DNA from: Fidelibacterota bacterium UBA2242
GTDB lineage: Bacteria > Fidelibacterota > UBA2242
DNA: 64,000 nucleotides
Assembly: GCA_002347855.1 (NCBI GenBank)
Contig: DDYE01000017.1
Coordinates: forward strand, 271,685 to 335,684
Reading direction: 5' to 3'
Under the pieces are notes generated by a model, which saw nothing but the letters and a program-made list of their open reading frames with translations, had not been told where the DNA came from and made no database searches. Positions 10,968 through 20,198 of this stretch are shown piece after piece. Numbering within the stretch: position 1 is the first letter of the stretch; each line of letters opens with the position of its first letter. Both the position numbers and the translations under genes were made by a program.

Positions 10968-12284
10968 ATGACCCAGAGAAAATACTATATAGAGACTTAC
11001 GGTTGTCAAATGAATGCTGCGGACTCTGAGTTAGTTGCCGGTCTATTAGAAGAAATGCAATTGGTTGCTTGTTCTGATCCATCAGATGCAGATTTAATTA
11101 TCGTTAATTCGTGTAGTGTAAGGGCTGGTGCCGATGCCCGTGCCCTGGCGCGTCTATCCCAGTTTAAAAGTTTAAAAGCTCAAAACCCACGGCTGCGCTT
11201 GGGATTAATTGGATGCGTGGCGCAGCGCGACAAAGGTAAAATTATTGCCCAGAGACCCTATATTGATTTTGTCTTGGGACCTGATTCATACCGTCAAATT
11301 CCTACGATTATTAATGATTTGTCCACGCCTGTAGTACAAACCCATCTCTCTTGCATCGAAACTTATGAAGGCTTATTACCGCGGCGGCAGAAGGGAGTCA
11401 ATGCCTGGATACCAATCATGCGCGGTTGTAACAAGTTTTGTTCATTTTGCATTGTTCCCTACGTGCGTGGGCGTGAACGTAGTCGCTCAGTTGATAGCAT
11501 TCTCCAGGAAGTCAAACAGGCTGTGAGTGATGGCTTCAAGGAAGTCACTTTACTCGGGCAAAATGTAAATTCTTATCAATATGAATCTTATCGGTTTGCG
11601 GATCTTTTAGATGCGATTGCAAGAGTGGAAGGATTGTACCGAATCCGCTATACCTCGCCTCATCCTGCTGATATCAGTATCTACTTACTGGAAGTCATGC
11701 GTGCTCATAAAAACATTTGTAAGCATATTCATTTACCGCTGCAGGCAGGTTCGGATAGAATCTTGCAAGCCATGAACCGCAATTATACCCAGAATCATTA
11801 CCTACAGCTAGTCGAGACCATTAGAAAATATTTGCTTGATGTAGCTATTACGACCGATATTATCGTTGGTTTTCCGGGAGAGACGGAGAGTGACTTTTTA
11901 CAGACAGTCAAAGTAATGGAAACGGTAATTTTCGATGCAGCTTTTATGTTTCAATATTCACCGCGGCCGGGTACGAAAGCGGCACAATTGGTTGATGATG
12001 TTCCACTAGCCGAAAAGCAAAAGCGTCTTGAACAAATAATTGCCTTGCAGAAAATGCATACTTTGCAACGCAATCAAGCTCTTGTTGGGACAGTGCAGGA
12101 AATATTGATTGAGGGTAATAGTAAAAAGCGTCCTGGAGAAAAAATTGGGCGCACCGACACAAACAAAATAACCATAATTAAAAATGGCCAGGCTGAAATC
12201 GGCTCGTTAGTCGAGGTGAGAATTGACAAAGCGCTGGGCGTATCTCTTTTTGGAAGTGTTTTAAACCAAGAGAGGGCAAAATGA
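10968..12284 (+). CDS. miaB: tRNA-i6A37 methylthiotransferase MiaB
   Basis: YYIETYGCQMNAADSE is the MTTase N-domain. The radical-SAM box CNKFCSFC and a TRAM C-terminus are present. Confidence 0.9.
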   Translation: MTQRKYYIETYGCQMNAADSELVAGLLEEMQLVACSDPSDADLIIVNSCSVRAGADARALARLSQFKSLKAQNPRLRLGLIGCVAQRDKGKIIAQRPYIDFVLGPDSYRQIPTIINDLSTPVVQTHLSCIETYEGLLPRRQKGVNAWIPIMRGCNKFCSFCIVPYVRGRERSRSVDSILQEVKQAVSDGFKEVTLLGQNVNSYQYESYRFADLLDAIARVEGLYRIRYTSPHPADISIYLLEVMRAHKNICKHIHLPLQAGSDRILQAMNRNYTQNHYLQLVETIRKYLLDVAITTDIIVGFPGETESDFLQTVKVMETVIFDAAFMFQYSPRPGTKAAQLVDDVPLAEKQKRLEQIIALQKMHTLQRNQALVGTVQEILIEGNSKKRPGEKIGRTDTNKITIIKNGQAEIGSLVEVRIDKALGVSLFGSVLNQERAK

Positions 12285-12589
12285 AATTTTTAAAGTTATT
12301 GGTATTAATCATTGTGATGTTTCTTTTAATAGTTTTTGTGGCGCAGAATGATGGTCATCCGGTTCCGATTAAATTTCTCTTTAGTACAGCTACTGTTGAA
12401 ATGGATGCGGTGATTCTTATTTTTATTTCTTTTTTAATTGGCTTGCTGTTAGGTTTTTTATATAGTGGTTTTCAGATTTTAGCGGCGAAGAACCATCTCC
12501 GAGTTTTAAATAATGAGTACCAAAAGCTGAAAAAAGAGGTAGATTTATTGCGCAATCAAGGGCTTAGCGATGAAGAAATCAGTCAATAA
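12281..12589 (+). CDS. lapA: LapA-like (YciS/DUF1049) small inner-membrane protein
   Basis: 102 aa with two TM helices and a coiled-coil tail. Sits immediately upstream of a LapB-like gene. Confidence 0.55.
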   Translation: MKFLKLLVLIIVMFLLIVFVAQNDGHPVPIKFLFSTATVEMDAVILIFISFLIGLLLGFLYSGFQILAAKNHLRVLNNEYQKLKKEVDLLRNQGLSDEEISQ

Positions 12590-12606
12590 TTGTTAGTGAA
12601 AGGAAT

Positions 12607-13755
12607 ATGATGAACCTTTTCGATATTCTACTGACCCTGATTCTGGTTTTGCTTTTTGTTTTTATCATTGTTAATCTTTTGAGCAATCGTCCTAAAAAGG
12701 TAAAAAGTGCCGCCAATTTATATTCTGTTGCCCTGACTCACATGCTGCATAATGAAAATGAGGCGGCTATTAAGTGTTTCAAAGAGGTAGTTCGCAAAGA
12801 TACCGAAAATATTGATGCCTACATTAATCTTGGCATTGTACTACGCCAGACCGGTAAAATCAACAATGCCATTAGAATCCACCAGAACTTACTCTATCGT
12901 CAGGAATTGACCGCATTGCAACGCCTGGAGATACTCCGTAATTTAGCGGAGGACTATATTCAACTTAATGACAGAGTTACTGCTTTAAAATATGTCAACC
13001 AAATGTTGGACATAGACAATAACAACCTCTGGGCAATTGAAAAAACCTATATGCTCAATCGCGATTTGGGCAATTGGGAAAAGGCTTCGGAGTATCTTGA
13101 AAAAGCGTTACTACTAAAGTCCGAAACCAACAATCGTCTTTTGGCACTCTATAAAGTTCAAGAAGGGCTGGTTAAATACCGCGCAGGTGAATATCATGAT
13201 GCTCGTTTAATATTCCGTAAAGCTCTCAAAATTGACCCTGATTGCGAAGCTGCTTGCTATTATATAGCTAAATCGTATATCGAGGACAAACGCGAAATGG
13301 ATTCCGTCGAGTGGTGGGTAAAATTCGCTGACATTGCCCCTGAAAAGGCGACTTTAGTCTTTGAACATCTCCAGACTATTCTATACAATCTGGGGTATTT
13401 CGGAAACATCGAAAGTTTTTATCAAAACCTGTTGCATAAACGTCCCAATGATCCTGCTTCGCTCATTGCCCTGGCACGTTTTTATGCTAAAAAAGGTGAC
13501 ATTAAGCAAGCGACGGTCATCTTGGAAAACTTGTTGGAAAATCATCCCGATTCAATTACCGCAAATATCACTCTGTGTAAATTGCTCATTGCTCAAAACA
13601 ATCTGGCACGGGCTAACGAAATCTTAAACAATTTGGTAGAGTCAATCGAGGCAAATCCCGAATATTACTGTACCAAGTGTGGTAACCGTCTTAAAGAAAT
13701 TGTATGGATTTGTCCGGTTTGTGGCGCAGCTGATACCTATTTCCAGCAACCATGA
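12607..13755 (+). CDS. lapB: LapB/YciM-like LPS assembly regulator (N-terminal TM, TPR repeats, C-terminal rubredoxin-type zinc ribbon)
   Basis: TPR repeats run throughout. The C-terminus CTKCGNRLKEIVWICPVCGA is the Cx2C-x10-Cx2C ribbon characteristic of LapB. Confidence 0.7.
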   Translation: MMNLFDILLTLILVLLFVFIIVNLLSNRPKKVKSAANLYSVALTHMLHNENEAAIKCFKEVVRKDTENIDAYINLGIVLRQTGKINNAIRIHQNLLYRQELTALQRLEILRNLAEDYIQLNDRVTALKYVNQMLDIDNNNLWAIEKTYMLNRDLGNWEKASEYLEKALLLKSETNNRLLALYKVQEGLVKYRAGEYHDARLIFRKALKIDPDCEAACYYIAKSYIEDKREMDSVEWWVKFADIAPEKATLVFEHLQTILYNLGYFGNIESFYQNLLHKRPNDPASLIALARFYAKKGDIKQATVILENLLENHPDSITANITLCKLLIAQNNLARANEILNNLVESIEANPEYYCTKCGNRLKEIVWICPVCGAADTYFQQP

Positions 13756-14564
13756 GAACGGTCTTTACCATATTTTTTTTATTGGCGGGTTTGAGCAAAG
13801 GATTCGACTTTAATGCCCTTTTTCAGACTATTCAGAATGGCGAAGTCGAATCAATTCGTGATTCAGTGTCATTTTTAGTGCAGACCTACCCAGAAAATCC
13901 CGAGGTGCTTTTTCTTTCTGGCTTAATCGAGCCGGATGGTGACAAAGCGCTCCTTATTTATAGAAATGTACTCTCTAAATATCCCAATAGTACCGTAGCA
14001 GACAACGCCTTTCTCAAAATAATCGAATATATTTATACCAAAGGTTTATATAACAAAACCGTGAAATATTCACAGGATCTTATAAAAAATTATCCCGCCT
14101 CGGAATGTATTGCTGACGCTGGCTACTTTTTATTAGCCAGTCTGGCGGCGATGAACCAGAAAGATTCGGTGTTGTATTATCAAAAATATTTAACAATGCA
14201 TTTTCCCGATATTAATTTTGCTTTTGATAATTTTCAGAGTAGCGCTAAATACGGTCTTCAGGATATTTCTAAATCCAGTGAACGACCTGCCATAATTAAT
14301 CCCCAGAATCAACCTCAACTGCCATCGAAGGGTGAGAATTTTGTCGTGCAGGTGGGAGTATTTGCTATCCCCAATAATGCCGCAGCTTTGAAAAGTCGCC
14401 TGCAGAAGTTAGGGTATCCAGCTCGCATCGAAGATACTATTTTAAATGGGCGCAATTTATTAGCAGTGCGTGTTGGTGATTTTGCTACGCGGGCTGAGGC
14501 ACAAGCATTTGGTGAGAAATTAAAACAGGAACAGCACCTTGAATTTGTGGTGATTAAAAAGTAA
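13752..14564 (+). CDS. TPR-like / SPOR-domain protein (peptidoglycan-binding, septal)
   Basis: The C-terminus VVQVGVFAIPNNAAALKSRLQKLGYPARIE...LLAVRVGDFATRAEAQAFGEKLK is a SPOR domain. A signal peptide is present at the N-terminus. Confidence 0.6.
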   Translation: MRTVFTIFFLLAGLSKGFDFNALFQTIQNGEVESIRDSVSFLVQTYPENPEVLFLSGLIEPDGDKALLIYRNVLSKYPNSTVADNAFLKIIEYIYTKGLYNKTVKYSQDLIKNYPASECIADAGYFLLASLAAMNQKDSVLYYQKYLTMHFPDINFAFDNFQSSAKYGLQDISKSSERPAIINPQNQPQLPSKGENFVVQVGVFAIPNNAAALKSRLQKLGYPARIEDTILNGRNLLAVRVGDFATRAEAQAFGEKLKQEQHLEFVVIKK

Positions 14565-14568
14565 ACAT

Positions 14569-14660
14569 GGGAATGAATGCAACCCCGGTGGGTGCCGCGG
14601 TCTTCAAAATCGTCGTCCCGCCAATAGGCGGGAGCTGGGTTCGACTCCCAGGCGTTCCCG
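14569..14660 (+). tRNA. selC: Predicted tRNA-Sec (selC), anticodon UCA
   Basis: Hand-folded. Acceptor stem GGGAATG/CGTTCCC contains one G-U pair. The D-arm has a 6-bp stem with a 4-nt loop. Anticodon stem gcggt/atcgt encloses loop cTTCAaa. The variable arm is cccgcc-aata-ggcggg. T-arm is ctggg-ttcgact-cccag, with discriminator G and no encoded CCA. Length is 92 nt. Confidence 0.6.
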
Positions 14661-14792
14661 CAAAAATCTTGCGCTCCTTTAGCTGATTAGCGATTTGGCG
14701 GGGGAAATAGTTCAGGTTGATATCCAATCATTAAATTGGTTATTGGAAATTTGAGATAATATTGCTAAAATTTCCACGTTATTTGATTAAAT

Positions 14793-14878
14793 GAGGTCCA
14801 GGGGTGCTATCCCGGCAAATTGGGACGGCTGAGAAATTACCCTTTGAACCTGATCTGGATAATACCAGCGAAGGGAGG
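14793..14878 (+). promoter_or_regulatory. TPP (thiamine pyrophosphate, THI-box) riboswitch
   Basis: Matches the RF00059 core: GGGGUGC, a P3 hairpin, GCUGAGAAAUUACCC, then UUGAACCUGAUCUGGAUAAUACCAGCGAAGGGA. This is near-identical to the E. coli thiM aptamer core. It ends 4 nt before the receptor ATG. Confidence 0.85.
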
Positions 14879-14882
14879 TCGT

Positions 14883-17399
14883 ATGAAATGCCTTTTTTCT
14901 TTTCTTTTAATCTTTTCAATTCTTTTTTTCAGCAGCAGTGTCAACCTTTGGGGTGCTGTATCCTCTAAGCCAATTGTTATTACCGGTGAAGTAGTTTCAG
15001 CGCATAGTGCTGCTCCAATCGCCAATGTAAATATCTCGGTCGAAGGCACCCGATGGGGTTGTGCCAGTAATAAAGCTGGCATTTTTGTAATCAAGGTAGA
15101 TTCTCTTCCCGTGACCCTGTCATTCAGTCATATTGCTTTCGAGAGAAAAAATGTCAGGGTCACTCGACCTCAGGTCGGCATAATCCAGCTCGTTCCAGCG
15201 GTATTGATGGGCGAAGAAATCTTAGTCTCCGCGACTCAAGCAGTGCCCGGCAAAACACCAGTTGCCTTTACCGATTTGAACCGGATGCAAATTGAACAAC
15301 TTTATTACCATCAGGATGTACCGCTGGTTTTATCCGACCTGCCGGGTGTCTATGCTTATTCTGATGCGGGCAATGGGGTTGGTTATAGCTATCTCAAAAT
15401 CAGAGGCTTTCAGCAGAGTCAGTTAGGAGTGCTGCTTAATGGCATTCCTTTAAATGACCCTGAAGAGCACGCCGTCTATTGGGTTGACCATGGTGACATC
15501 CTTGCCTCGAGCAGCAGTATTCAGGTCCAGCGTGGGGTTGGTAACTCTCTCTATGGTACTTCTGTGTTTGGCGGTACTGTTAATGTTGTGACCAATACCA
15601 GCAGCCTACCACGGGGTACAACTTTGAATCTCGGTTATGGCAATTACATGGAAAAGGGATTGGATTTGCCATCGCAAAAAATTGCCTTCAGCTATAATGG
15701 TTCCCTACCTAAAAATCTGTCACTGTATCTACGCCTATCCCATCTGACTAGTGCTGGTTATCGTCAGAGTAGCGGTACAGACCAAAATTCATTGCATTTG
15801 AGTCTCGAACAATCGCTAAAAAACAGATTGACTCGCCTGGAAGTTCTGTTAGGAGTAGAAAATACTGGTTTTGCTTGGGAAGGTATTGCTCCAGTATACG
15901 GTTATAATCTTAAAAACCGTCAGCAGCGACGCTATAATTTTTATGCTGACCCTGAATATAATGGTGGTTTAACGAATGCTAATAAGGATGTTTTCCGGCA
16001 GGGACTCTTTTCGCTGCAACATAGTCGGATTATAAATCATGTTTTGTTGAATCTAACTCTCTATGCGGTTCAGGGTAATGGTTATTATGAACAATTCAAG
16101 GGTAAGCGTGATGTTGAGGAATACAATTTAGTCAGCCTATTCCCAGATGTAGTACATAAAGTTGATTTAATCCGACAAAAGTGGCTGCAAAACGGCTACT
16201 GGGGTACGCTTTATCAAATTACCCTTCCGCTTAAAAGTTGCCAATTGACCCTGGGCGGTGATATGCGCATTTATGAAGCAGCTCACTTTGGACGAGTTAA
16301 AAAAGTCCTCAAAGAGTACTTGCCCAATGATAGTACGATTTCGCAATCAACCTTTCCGCCTGCTAACCATAAGTATTATCAAACTGACCGAGAAAAAAAA
16401 TCAATTTCCTTTTATGTTCACAGCTATTTTGATTTAACGCCACGCTTAGGTCTGATGTTTGATGGGCGTTATTTGGGGCATCGCTATTCCTATATCCAGC
16501 GCCGCCTTGGTGTTTATACTCAGGGATACCGCTTTAAACTCAAGTACGATTTCTGGGATCCGCATATCGGCGTCAATTATCGCCTGACTGATTATTGTTC
16601 CATTTTTAGCAATATCTCCACTGCTCACCGTGAACCAACAGACGATGATATTTATAAACAAGATAGTCCGGAGGATGTGCCCAAATTGACTCATTTAGAG
16701 CGAGAGTATGCTGAGCCGCTGGTCAAACCCGAATATTTAATTGACTACGAAGCGGGACTTAAGTTTGATTTACCTGCTACTAAACTGCAAATTAATCTCT
16801 ATCGCATGGATTTTCGTGATGAATTAATCCCGGTGGAATATCGTTACTATGATGCCGACCAGGTATTTCATGCCAATATTGACCGCACAGTTCATCAGGG
16901 AGTTGAGTTGAGCTTTACTCAGCGCTGGCGATGGTTATTGTGGGATGCTAATTTGTCTTATGCTGACAACCATTTTGTGAATTTTCAGGCGGATTCCATT
17001 GGCTGGAGTGGTTGGGGACCAATTGCGGATTATAGTGGAAAAGTCATTCCCGCCTATCCCACCTGGCAAGCCAAGAGTCGCCTTAGTTTGAAATTGGCTG
17101 ATAATGAACTCTGGTTGCAGACAATCTATACTGGCAAGCAGTATATTGACTTTGCGAATACTTCCGCTGCAGCCATCAAGCCCGTTACGTTAGTGAATGT
17201 CGGGTTGAATTATCACCTACCCTTGAAGAAGTATTTCAAGGCAACACTTGCTTTCAGGATTAACAATCTATTCGACAAACTTTACGAGACTTTTGGCTAT
17301 AACTACTATGAAGACTGGGATGATCATTTACAACGCATAGACCTCTATTGGCCAGCTGCTACTCGTAACTATTATCTATCTCTGGTCGTGAATTTTTAA
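14883..17399 (+). CDS. TonB-dependent outer-membrane receptor (CarboxypepD_reg N-domain, plug, beta-barrel); putative thiamine/TPP-precursor transporter
   Basis: Signal peptide MKCLFSFLLIFSILFF. The CarboxypepD_reg region is VITGEVVSAHSAAPIANVNISVEGT. The plug region is TDLNRMQIEQ. The C-terminal residue is aromatic (F). It lies directly downstream of the TPP riboswitch. Confidence 0.8.
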   Translation: MKCLFSFLLIFSILFFSSSVNLWGAVSSKPIVITGEVVSAHSAAPIANVNISVEGTRWGCASNKAGIFVIKVDSLPVTLSFSHIAFERKNVRVTRPQVGIIQLVPAVLMGEEILVSATQAVPGKTPVAFTDLNRMQIEQLYYHQDVPLVLSDLPGVYAYSDAGNGVGYSYLKIRGFQQSQLGVLLNGIPLNDPEEHAVYWVDHGDILASSSSIQVQRGVGNSLYGTSVFGGTVNVVTNTSSLPRGTTLNLGYGNYMEKGLDLPSQKIAFSYNGSLPKNLSLYLRLSHLTSAGYRQSSGTDQNSLHLSLEQSLKNRLTRLEVLLGVENTGFAWEGIAPVYGYNLKNRQQRRYNFYADPEYNGGLTNANKDVFRQGLFSLQHSRIINHVLLNLTLYAVQGNGYYEQFKGKRDVEEYNLVSLFPDVVHKVDLIRQKWLQNGYWGTLYQITLPLKSCQLTLGGDMRIYEAAHFGRVKKVLKEYLPNDSTISQSTFPPANHKYYQTDREKKSISFYVHSYFDLTPRLGLMFDGRYLGHRYSYIQRRLGVYTQGYRFKLKYDFWDPHIGVNYRLTDYCSIFSNISTAHREPTDDDIYKQDSPEDVPKLTHLEREYAEPLVKPEYLIDYEAGLKFDLPATKLQINLYRMDFRDELIPVEYRYYDADQVFHANIDRTVHQGVELSFTQRWRWLLWDANLSYADNHFVNFQADSIGWSGWGPIADYSGKVIPAYPTWQAKSRLSLKLADNELWLQTIYTGKQYIDFANTSAAAIKPVTLVNVGLNYHLPLKKYFKATLAFRINNLFDKLYETFGYNYYEDWDDHLQRIDLYWPAATRNYYLSLVVNF

Positions 17400-17400
17400 T

Positions 17401-17423
17401 GTTCCAGCCATAAAGGCTGGAAC
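17401..17423 (+). terminator. Terminator-like hairpin after the TonB receptor gene, lacking a clear U-tract
   Basis: gttccagcc-ataaa-ggctggaac gives a 9-bp perfect stem. Confidence 0.3.
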
Positions 17424-17469
17424 ATTAAAGCGAGTACGAAAAGGTATACTTTTCGTTAGGGGAAATTGT

Positions 17470-17498
17470 TTGTCAAATTGCTGCAATATGCGTAAAAT
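17470..17498 (+). promoter_or_regulatory. Candidate promoter (TTGTCA-17-TAAAAT) upstream of polA
   Basis: Hexamers are spaced 17 nt apart and lie 16 nt upstream of the polA ATG. The -10 hexamer TAAAAT is the same as in the 9916 candidate. Confidence 0.3.
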
Positions 17499-17513
17499 TT
17501 TCACGCTTATTAT

Positions 17514-20198
17514 ATGGTTCAAAAATCTACATTATACTTAATTGATGGTTCGGCAATTGCTTACCGTTCCTATTTTGGGACGATTCGCAATCGTCTTACG
17601 ACTTCGCGTGGTGAACCAACGGGCGCTGTCTATGCTTTCGTGAACTCACTCCTTAAGATACTAAACGAATCACGACCGAATTATATTGGTATTGCCTTTG
17701 ATGCTCCTGAAAAGACCTTTCGCCATCAGGTTTATGAGGATTACAAGGCGACCCGCGAAGCGATGCCAGAGGACCTCATTAAGCAATTGCCGTATATGTT
17801 CGAGTTTATCAAAGCCCTGAATATTCCAACGATTATTATGCCCGGTTTCGAAGCTGACGATATCATTGGAACGATGGCTTATCGGGCACGTCAACATAAC
17901 CTCCTGGTCTATATTGTCACTGGCGACAAGGATTTTATGCAGTTATTAACGGATGATATTCTTATCCTTAAACCAGCAATTGCCGGAAAAGAGGTAGAGA
18001 TAATTGACGCCGAGGGTGTACTTACTAAGTGGGGTGTTAAGCCGCACCAGATTCCTGACTATCTGGGATTAATTGGTGATTCCTCTGACAACATACCAGG
18101 AGTGAAAGGTATCGGACCAGCCAAGGCACAGCCACTTTTACAGGAATTTGGCAACCTGGAAGGTGTGCTCAACAATCTTGACCGTATTGGCAATCCACGC
18201 ATTCGCGATTTGATTCGTGATGGTGCTCATCTGGCACGTTTATCGAAAGAACTAGCGACTATTAAAACCGATGTGCCCATTAATATTGATTTTGAAATGC
18301 TGAAAGTCCAGAATCCCGATGAAGAGGCTTTGCAAAACCTTTATAAACGTCTCGAATTCCATTCCTTGTTAAAACAAACTGAATCAATCGCACCGTCGCC
18401 ACGACCAATAAAAAATTACCGCACCGTTCAAAGCTTGTCTGAGATTAGACAACTCATCGCAGAAATCAAACATGGTGATGTCTTTGCTCTTGACTTGGAA
18501 ACGACCTCCATCAGTCCTATGATAGCAGAAATCGTGGGAGTGGCGCTCAGTTGGAAGCCTCATCAAGGTATCTATTTGCCTCTGCGGATGCCCGGCGGGT
18601 TATTTGGCAATGAAGAACATCTCCAGTTATTGAAAGAGTTAAAACCAATTCTCGAAGATGAAAAATTGACGAAATGCGGCCAAAATCTGAAATACGATTT
18701 ACTCATTCTCAAGCGCTACGGGTATCAGGTTAGAGGGAAAATTTTTGATACTATGATTGCGGCTTATTTAATTCAGCCCGATGCCCATAGCTACAAACTC
18801 GATAAACTTGCCCAGCAATACCTGAACTATCAGATGCAACCCATTGAAGAGTTAATTGGTAAGGGCAAAGACCAGTTGACTATGGATCAGGTGTCTGTGG
18901 AAAAAGTCACCTTTTACGCGGCAGAGGATGCTGATGTAGCTCTACAACTCCAGCCAATCTTGACTCAGAAAATGCACTCAGATCAAACCTGGGATGTTTT
19001 TCAAAATATTGAGATGCCGCTGGTGCCAGTCTTGATGACTATGGAACAGAATGGGGTTTTCCTGAATATCGAACTTTTAAAGCAAATGTCCTGCGGTCTC
19101 GATGAGCAAATTGAGCAACTCAGTCAGCAAATCTACGACCTGGCAGGTTGTCAGTTTAATATCAATTCACCTAAACAACTTGGAGAGATTCTCTTTGATA
19201 AATTAAAATTGCCTAAAATCAAAGGCTACTCCACTGATGTGACGGTTCTGGAAAAGATAAAACATCGGCATCCACTACCGGAAGCCATCCTTGAATACCG
19301 CGGCTTGGTCAAGCTGCAAAATACTTACCTTGAGACTCTGCCGCAGTTAGTCAATCCCAAGACGGGGCGTGTGCATAGTTCTTTTAATCAGACCGGTACC
19401 GCTACTGGACGATTGAGCAGTAGCGACCCCAATTTTCAAAATATTCCTATCCGTACAGAAATTGGTCGTGAAATTCGTAAGGCTTTTGTCCCGCAACGAA
19501 CTGATTGGCTCATTTTGTCGGCTGATTATTCGCAAATTGAACTAAGAATTATGGCGCATTTATCTAAGGATCCGGAGTTGCTCCGGGCGTTTAGTGAAAA
19601 TGTTGATATCCATACCCGCACTGCTGCACGTGTTTTCGGTGTCGCTGAAGAAGATGTACTGCCGGAAATGCGCCGGGTAGCCAAAGTGGTAAATTTTGGG
19701 ATAATGTACGGCGCAGGACCATTCAGGATGTCTGAAGAATTAAACATTCCGCGGGCAGAAGCTACTAAACTAATTAAACAATACTTTAATACTTACCCAG
19801 GGATAAATGCTTATATCATGAAAACTCTGGAAGAAGCGCGAGAGAAAGGCTACGTCAAAACCTTAGCGGGACGTCTGCGCTATGTCCCGGATATTAATAG
19901 CGAGAATCGTAATATCAGGGAAGCCGCGGAGAGAATTGCGATTAATATGCCCATTCAGGGTACTGCCGCCGATATGATAAAACTGGCAATGATCAAAATT
20001 CAAGCGCAAATGGAAGAGCATAAACTCCGGGCAATGATGATTTTGCAAATTCACGACGAGTTGCTTTTTGAAGTGCCATCTGATGAACTGGATATTTTAA
20101 AGACCATCGTCGTCAGAGAAATGGAATGGGCACTGCCTCTGGATGTGCCCATTCATGTTGAAGTTGGTGTAGGAAAATCTTGGTACGAGGCGCATTAG
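17514..20198 (+). CDS. polA: DNA polymerase I
   Basis: Has a 5'-3' exonuclease N-domain, a 3'-5' exo domain, and polymerase motifs (RRVAKVVNFGIMYG, ILQIHDELLFEV). Length is 894 aa. Confidence 0.95.
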   Translation: MVQKSTLYLIDGSAIAYRSYFGTIRNRLTTSRGEPTGAVYAFVNSLLKILNESRPNYIGIAFDAPEKTFRHQVYEDYKATREAMPEDLIKQLPYMFEFIKALNIPTIIMPGFEADDIIGTMAYRARQHNLLVYIVTGDKDFMQLLTDDILILKPAIAGKEVEIIDAEGVLTKWGVKPHQIPDYLGLIGDSSDNIPGVKGIGPAKAQPLLQEFGNLEGVLNNLDRIGNPRIRDLIRDGAHLARLSKELATIKTDVPINIDFEMLKVQNPDEEALQNLYKRLEFHSLLKQTESIAPSPRPIKNYRTVQSLSEIRQLIAEIKHGDVFALDLETTSISPMIAEIVGVALSWKPHQGIYLPLRMPGGLFGNEEHLQLLKELKPILEDEKLTKCGQNLKYDLLILKRYGYQVRGKIFDTMIAAYLIQPDAHSYKLDKLAQQYLNYQMQPIEELIGKGKDQLTMDQVSVEKVTFYAAEDADVALQLQPILTQKMHSDQTWDVFQNIEMPLVPVLMTMEQNGVFLNIELLKQMSCGLDEQIEQLSQQIYDLAGCQFNINSPKQLGEILFDKLKLPKIKGYSTDVTVLEKIKHRHPLPEAILEYRGLVKLQNTYLETLPQLVNPKTGRVHSSFNQTGTATGRLSSSDPNFQNIPIRTEIGREIRKAFVPQRTDWLILSADYSQIELRIMAHLSKDPELLRAFSENVDIHTRTAARVFGVAEEDVLPEMRRVAKVVNFGIMYGAGPFRMSEELNIPRAEATKLIKQYFNTYPGINAYIMKTLEEAREKGYVKTLAGRLRYVPDINSENRNIREAAERIAINMPIQGTAADMIKLAMIKIQAQMEEHKLRAMMILQIHDELLFEVPSDELDILKTIVVREMEWALPLDVPIHVEVGVGKSWYEAH

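Noticed and set aside
17401-17423. Perfect 9-bp hairpin after the TonB receptor gene as a possible REP/mobile repeat
   Set aside because: Single copy in the window with no U-tract. Kept only as a low-confidence terminator-like feature.
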